This document shows, piece after piece, positions 56,556 to 60,613 of a stretch of DNA of 60,613 bases; the stretch's first letter is position 1, and every line of letters begins with the position of its first letter. Both the position numbers and the translations under genes were made by a program. Location: the NCBI GenBank assembly GCA_052035915.1, contig JBPOHE010000007.1, forward strand, positions 1 through 60,613, given 5' to 3'. A model generated the notes under the pieces. It was not told the DNA's origin, searched no databases, and saw only the letters and a program-made list of their open reading frames with translations. This DNA is from Pseudomonadota bacterium. GTDB lineage: Bacteria > Pseudomonadota > Gammaproteobacteria > Chromatiales > Chromatiaceae.

Positions 56556-59009
56556 ATGATCCGTCGAGAGTGGCTGGTTCACTTGGTCAGCGGCGTCCTC
56601 ATTTGCGGGATGGCGGTGGCCGCCTGGTTCGGCGAGCGGCTCAACAACGAGCGGCATACCGCCCAGGTCCGCGCCGCCACCCAGGAACGCTTGAACGAGC
56701 TACGCAGCCGGTTGGAAAACAATCTCCTCAGCAACATCCAACTGAGCCAGGGGCTGGTCAGCGTGATCGCCGCCAACCCGCGCCTGACCCAGGAAGAATT
56801 CATCCGCTCCGCCAGGCCTTTATTCGATGGCGGATCCCAATTGCGCAACATCGGCGCCGCCCCGAACATGGTGATTCGTCTGATGTATCCGCTGGTGGGC
56901 AATGAAAAGGCGATCGGGCTCGATTTCCGTCGTACCCCGAATCAGTTCGAGACCGCGGACCTGGCCCGTCGAACCGGGCGCCTGGTGTTGGCCGGACCGC
57001 TGGAGCTGGCGCAGGGCGGGTCCGGCCTCGTGGCCCGCATCCCGGTCTTCCTCGATGGAGACAGCGGGGAGAAAGCGTTTTGGGGACTGATCTCCAGCGT
57101 GATCGACACCCAGAGGCTGTTCGCGGACAGCGGGCTCCTCAGCGACCGATTGCCGATCGAATTGGCGATCCGGGGCAAGGATGCCGGTGGCCCCCGGGGC
57201 GAGGTCTTTTTCGGGCGCGCCAGCCTGTTCGACGAGGAACCTATCGCGGCCATCATCCCTCTCCCCCTCGGTTCCTGGGTGTTGGCGGCGGTGCCGGTCG
57301 GCGGTTGGCCCCAGCAGGCGGACAATGCCTGGTGGTTGCGTGGGGTCTTCCTGCTGGTGGCCGTCCTCGTCTTCGGTCCCATCTTCGCGTTGGGAAGAGC
57401 CCTGCGGGCTACCGAACACGCCCGGCGCCGGGCGGACACCGGCGCCTCCCGCCTGGTGGCCACCCTGGAAAACACCCCCAATGTCGCCGTGCAGTGGTAC
57501 GACCAGAATGGTCGCGGGAACTACTGGAATCAGGCATCTGAACGCTTGTTCGGCTGGTCGTCACAGGAGGCGGTCGGCCAGACGCTCGATCGACTCATTC
57601 TCAAGGCCGAAGAGATGGAAGCTTTCTTGTCCACCATGACGCAGATCGCCGGGAGCGGTCAGACCATAGGTCCGGTCGAGTTCGGCATCCACCATCGTGA
57701 CGGCTCGCCCCGCCAGGCCCTCTCCACCATCTTTCCCATTCCCGGGGATGACCGACCGCTCTTCGCGCGCATGGACGTCGACATCACCTGGCAAAAACAG
57801 GTCGAACAGGACCTCATCGCCGCCCGCGACGAAGCGCAGAAGGCCTATCGGGTCAAATCCGACTTTCTCGCCAATATGAGCCATGAGATCCGCACCCCGA
57901 TGAATGCCATCATCGGCTTCAGCCACCTGGGTCTTGCCGCGACCTCGGCGGAAAAAATGCGGGAGTATCTGGACAAGGTGTATGTCTCCTCGACCAATCT
58001 TCTTGGCATCATCAACGACATCCTCGACTTTTCCAAGATCGAGGCCGGCAAACTGGAACTCGAAATCGCCCCCTTTCAGCTCCGACGACTGGTGTGGGAG
58101 ATCCGCGACACCATGGAGCTGGAAGCCGAGGCCAAGGGACTGCGGCTCGAGTTCCAGATCGCCGAGGAGGTGCCGGATCCGCTGCTGGGGGATAGCCTGC
58201 GGCTACGCCAGGTGATCACCAATCTGATCTCCAATGCGGTCAAGTTCACCGCCCAGGGCCACATCCGGGTGAGCGCCGAGTTGGTCTCCCGGGTGGAGGA
58301 TCAGCTCCGGCTCAGGTTCTCCGTCGCCGATACGGGGATAGGTATGACCGCCGAGGAACAGGGTCGGTTATTCCGCGCCTTCAGCCAGGCGGACAGCTCC
58401 ACCACCCGGAGATACGGGGGTACGGGGCTGGGTCTGGCCATCAGTCGACAACTGGTGGAGATGATGGGTGGAAAGATCAGCCTCCTCAGTGAACCTGGCC
58501 AAGGCAGCACCTTCAGTTTCACCATCAACCTCGAAGTGAATCCCGAGCCCCATGAGCCCGCCCATATCCTCAACTCCGGCTCTTCACCGGCGGCGATACT
58601 GGAACAGGCTGCCGCCCTGTTGCGGGGCCTGCGGGTGCTGTTGGTGGAGGACAATGTCGTCAACCAGTTGCTGGCCCAGGCGATGCTGGACAAGGTCGGC
58701 ATCCTGGTCGAGCTCGCCGTCAACGGGCGCGAGGCGGTGGAGAAGCTGAGACGATCCCCCGACTACGACCTGGTGTTGATGGATATCCAGATGCCGGAAA
58801 TGAACGGCTATGAGGCGACCGGCCTCATCCGTCGCCAACTCGGCTTGACCGCCTTGCCCATCATCGCCATGACCGCCCACGCCATGAGCGAGGAACGCAC
58901 CCGCTGCCTGGATACAGGCATGGACGACATCATTACCAAACCGATCGACGTCAAATTGCTCTATGCCAAATTGGCGGAGTACCGCCAAGCGCGACCTTCC
59001 AACCGCTAG
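56556..59009 (+). CDS. Hybrid sensor histidine kinase/response regulator (TM, periplasmic sensor, PAS, HisKA, HATPase_c, REC)
   Basis: SHEIRTPMNAIIGF (H-box), DTGIGM...GGTGLGLAI (G-boxes), and a C-terminal receiver LLVEDNVVNQ...DLVLMDIQMPEMNGYEAT. Confidence 0.85.
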   Translation: MIRREWLVHLVSGVLICGMAVAAWFGERLNNERHTAQVRAATQERLNELRSRLENNLLSNIQLSQGLVSVIAANPRLTQEEFIRSARPLFDGGSQLRNIGAAPNMVIRLMYPLVGNEKAIGLDFRRTPNQFETADLARRTGRLVLAGPLELAQGGSGLVARIPVFLDGDSGEKAFWGLISSVIDTQRLFADSGLLSDRLPIELAIRGKDAGGPRGEVFFGRASLFDEEPIAAIIPLPLGSWVLAAVPVGGWPQQADNAWWLRGVFLLVAVLVFGPIFALGRALRATEHARRRADTGASRLVATLENTPNVAVQWYDQNGRGNYWNQASERLFGWSSQEAVGQTLDRLILKAEEMEAFLSTMTQIAGSGQTIGPVEFGIHHRDGSPRQALSTIFPIPGDDRPLFARMDVDITWQKQVEQDLIAARDEAQKAYRVKSDFLANMSHEIRTPMNAIIGFSHLGLAATSAEKMREYLDKVYVSSTNLLGIINDILDFSKIEAGKLELEIAPFQLRRLVWEIRDTMELEAEAKGLRLEFQIAEEVPDPLLGDSLRLRQVITNLISNAVKFTAQGHIRVSAELVSRVEDQLRLRFSVADTGIGMTAEEQGRLFRAFSQADSSTTRRYGGTGLGLAISRQLVEMMGGKISLLSEPGQGSTFSFTINLEVNPEPHEPAHILNSGSSPAAILEQAAALLRGLRVLLVEDNVVNQLLAQAMLDKVGILVELAVNGREAVEKLRRSPDYDLVLMDIQMPEMNGYEATGLIRRQLGLTALPIIAMTAHAMSEERTRCLDTGMDDIITKPIDVKLLYAKLAEYRQARPSNR

Positions 59010-59139
59010 CCGCCAGGGTTGGCGCCCTTGGCTGGATTGGGCAGGCACACCTGGTTACCCGGCATGTGGTGATACCTAGACGTCGGGCAACGGAGCCCGA
59101 CTGGCCTGGCATTACAGGAATGGGTATCGCGCCCGGTCG

Positions 59140-59265
59140 TTCTGGGCCTCGACTGAAAAAGGCTTGTTTTCGTTCTTTTATGAAGAACAATACCTCAATA
59201 TAACCGTTATTATTCTCTATTTGAGAACAATAACGCTTCCAAAACCGCCACCCCCGGCCCTCCCC
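59140..59265. mobile_element. MITE-C family copy (C6, arms more degenerate)
   Basis: CGTTCT-N8-AGAACAAT-N21-ATTATTCTC-N6-AGAACAAT. Confidence 0.35.
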
Positions 59266-59334
59266 GAAAAGGGAAAAAGGAAACAGATCAAAGGGAAGAA
59301 GCCAATATCCTGGCCAGACGAAAACCCCAGGGGG

Positions 59335-59430
59335 AAGTCCCAGCGGCGTAGGTTGGGTTGACACCGTCAACCCAACATTCCAAGCAGCGCCGGGGAGAAA
59401 TGTTGGGTTGCGCAATACGCAACCCAACCT
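59335..59430. repeat. Two REP-like palindromes GTTGGGTTG...CAACCCAAC
   Basis: GGTTGGGTTGACACCGTCAACCCAAC and GTTGGGTTGCGCAATACGCAACCCAAC. Confidence 0.45.
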
Positions 59431-59678
59431 ACGATACTTGTTAGGCCATTTTCAGGTTTCATAATTTAGCTTGGTCCCTTTTCAACTTTTCCCAAACGGA
59501 TCAGCTCGCGTAGCTCCGATTAGCGACAGCGTAATCGGAGGAATGTAGCTTTCATGCGTGCGATTACACTAGGGTAATCGCACCTACGGTCCTTTGGTGG
59601 TTGCACGTGCAAGCCTCCTAACACGTTCAAATTAACCGGCCTGCGCGGCTTTTCGCGCAGGTCCGATTGAATGCTGGG

Positions 59679-60230
59679 TTAGGGCACAGCGGGTTCATCG
59701 ATAAGAGCATGGCGCAAATACTCCGGATGTTGGCGAGAGGCTACAGAATGCCTGTTACCGTCGATGAGCCAACCGATGACTGGCTCAATGTTGGCCCACG
59801 GCGGTGGTTCGCTCGGGCCGCCAAGGGACTTTGTGAAATAGCTTGTGCGCCCTTCGGCCAATTGGACGGTTGCGATGCCGTGAGCCTTCGCAAACTCCAG
59901 AGCACCTGATTGAAAGCCAGAGCTAGAAAAGACCATGCCCTTCTGGGCACCAACCGACAATAGCTTGCTGTGAAGGCTCTGAATGACTTCGCGCTTCACC
60001 GGATTTTTGTAGTGCTTACACTCGACAAGCACCAGAAACTCAGCATCAAGAGCGCCGAAGCGAACGGTGACATCGATTTCGTAGTCTCCGTCGTGCCCTT
60101 CGACAACCTCGCGGTGTTGAGAGTCGTATCCGTGTAGGTTGAGGCCAAGAACATCAAGCATTGCCTTTACCTCAAGCTCAAATTGCTCAGGTGTAAGTTG
60201 GATCGGTGGATATTGGCCAAGGCGCGGCAT
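59679..60230 (-). CDS. Mrr-family (type IV restriction-like) endonuclease domain protein
   Basis: DGDYEIDVTV...LVLVECKHYKNPVKREVIQSLHSKLLSVGAQKGMVFSSSGFQSGALEFAKAHGI is the Mrr_cat pattern (D...ExK). About 52% GC against a roughly 63% background. Confidence 0.8.
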   Translation of the reverse strand: MPRLGQYPPIQLTPEQFELEVKAMLDVLGLNLHGYDSQHREVVEGHDGDYEIDVTVRFGALDAEFLVLVECKHYKNPVKREVIQSLHSKLLSVGAQKGMVFSSSGFQSGALEFAKAHGIATVQLAEGRTSYFTKSLGGPSEPPPWANIEPVIGWLIDGNRHSVASRQHPEYLRHALIDEPAVP

Positions 60231-60379
60231 GCTGTGCCCTAACGTAGAGTTAACCGGTGGCCAAGACGACGCGAAGCGGCGTTTTGGGCGTTCGGATTGA
60301 ACGCCATGTTATATCAATTGTCGTTATGACTTACCACTTTCAAAGCCAGATAGGGTCCGCTGTGCGGACCAAACATTCC

Positions 60380-60500
60380 AACGAAAACGAGGCGGGGAGA
60401 AGGGCCGTAGGGCCGTAGGGCGCAATAGGCGGTAGCCGTATTGCGCCGCATGGCTTTGGGTTTGATATCCGGCGCAATACGCTTCGCTATTGCGCCCTAG
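60380..60500. repeat. Cluster of GGCGCAATA/TATTGCGCC hairpin repeats
   Basis: GGCGCAATAGGCGGTAGCCGTATTGCGCC and GGCGCAATACGCTTCGCTATTGCGCC. Confidence 0.4.
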
Positions 60501-60613
60501 TGTGCCCGGCATGGGCCAAGACTTGTAGCCTGAAAGGAGGCTACCGGAGAGAGTGACGACAACCGTAGAGAAGCGCAAGGGGGAAGCCGCGAGGCCAGCC
60601 TGAAAGAAGCGTG

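Overview
This is a GC-rich (about 62-65%) bacterial chromosomal segment. Its gene content (OvoA, SoxB-like, ba3-type oxidase, hemerythrins) suggests a gammaproteobacterial sulfur oxidizer, but that is an inference only. The left edge holds a P4-type tyrosine integrase with an AlpA-like HTH gene, abutting a minus-strand tRNA-Arg(UCG); this looks like the boundary of an integrative island lying mostly left of the window. Mostly core genes follow: Fe-ADH, ABM monooxygenase, OmpA/TPR lipoprotein, a secreted caspase-like protease, a SLOG 'MoCo-carrier'-like protein, OvoA, an aldo-keto reductase, an AmmeMemoRadiSam operon co-transcribed with a 1231-aa membrane redox fusion protein, yjeT-hisZ-purA, ProX/YbaK-like deacylase, RtcB, VapBC, an SPFH protein, an SBBP-repeat secreted protein, hpt, mtnP, MBL hydrolase, two hemerythrins, a ba3-type cytochrome oxidase cluster with copper chaperones and an unusual cytochrome b-ferredoxin-MvhD fusion, ctaA/ctaB, a SoxB-like Tat-secreted hydrolase, a TAXI receptor, a hybrid sensor kinase and a terminal Mrr-type nuclease. 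The most striking feature is a low-GC 4.9-kb islet at 9.6-14.8 kb, bounded by two direct copies of a 150-bp MITE. It carries two RelE/ParE toxin-antitoxin modules whose toxins are each knocked out by a single nonsense codon while the antitoxins stay intact. It also carries an uncharacterised, translationally coupled two-gene operon (316 aa with an N-terminal PD-(D/E)xK-like nuclease signature, plus 372 aa with no recognisable domain). This operon is the best candidate here for an undescribed system, possibly anti-phage defense. The window is also unusually rich in small structured repeats. These include a 7-copy MITE family with internal GTTCTC-N5-GAGAAC boxes, a 3-copy REP-like element (one copy with a 20-bp flanking duplication), a 2-copy 160-bp MITE, GTTGGGTTG/CAACCCAAC palindromes, and degenerate tRNA-like remnants at 30.4 kb. 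Hand-derived coordinates may be off by 1-2 nt. No rRNA or CRISPR array was seen.
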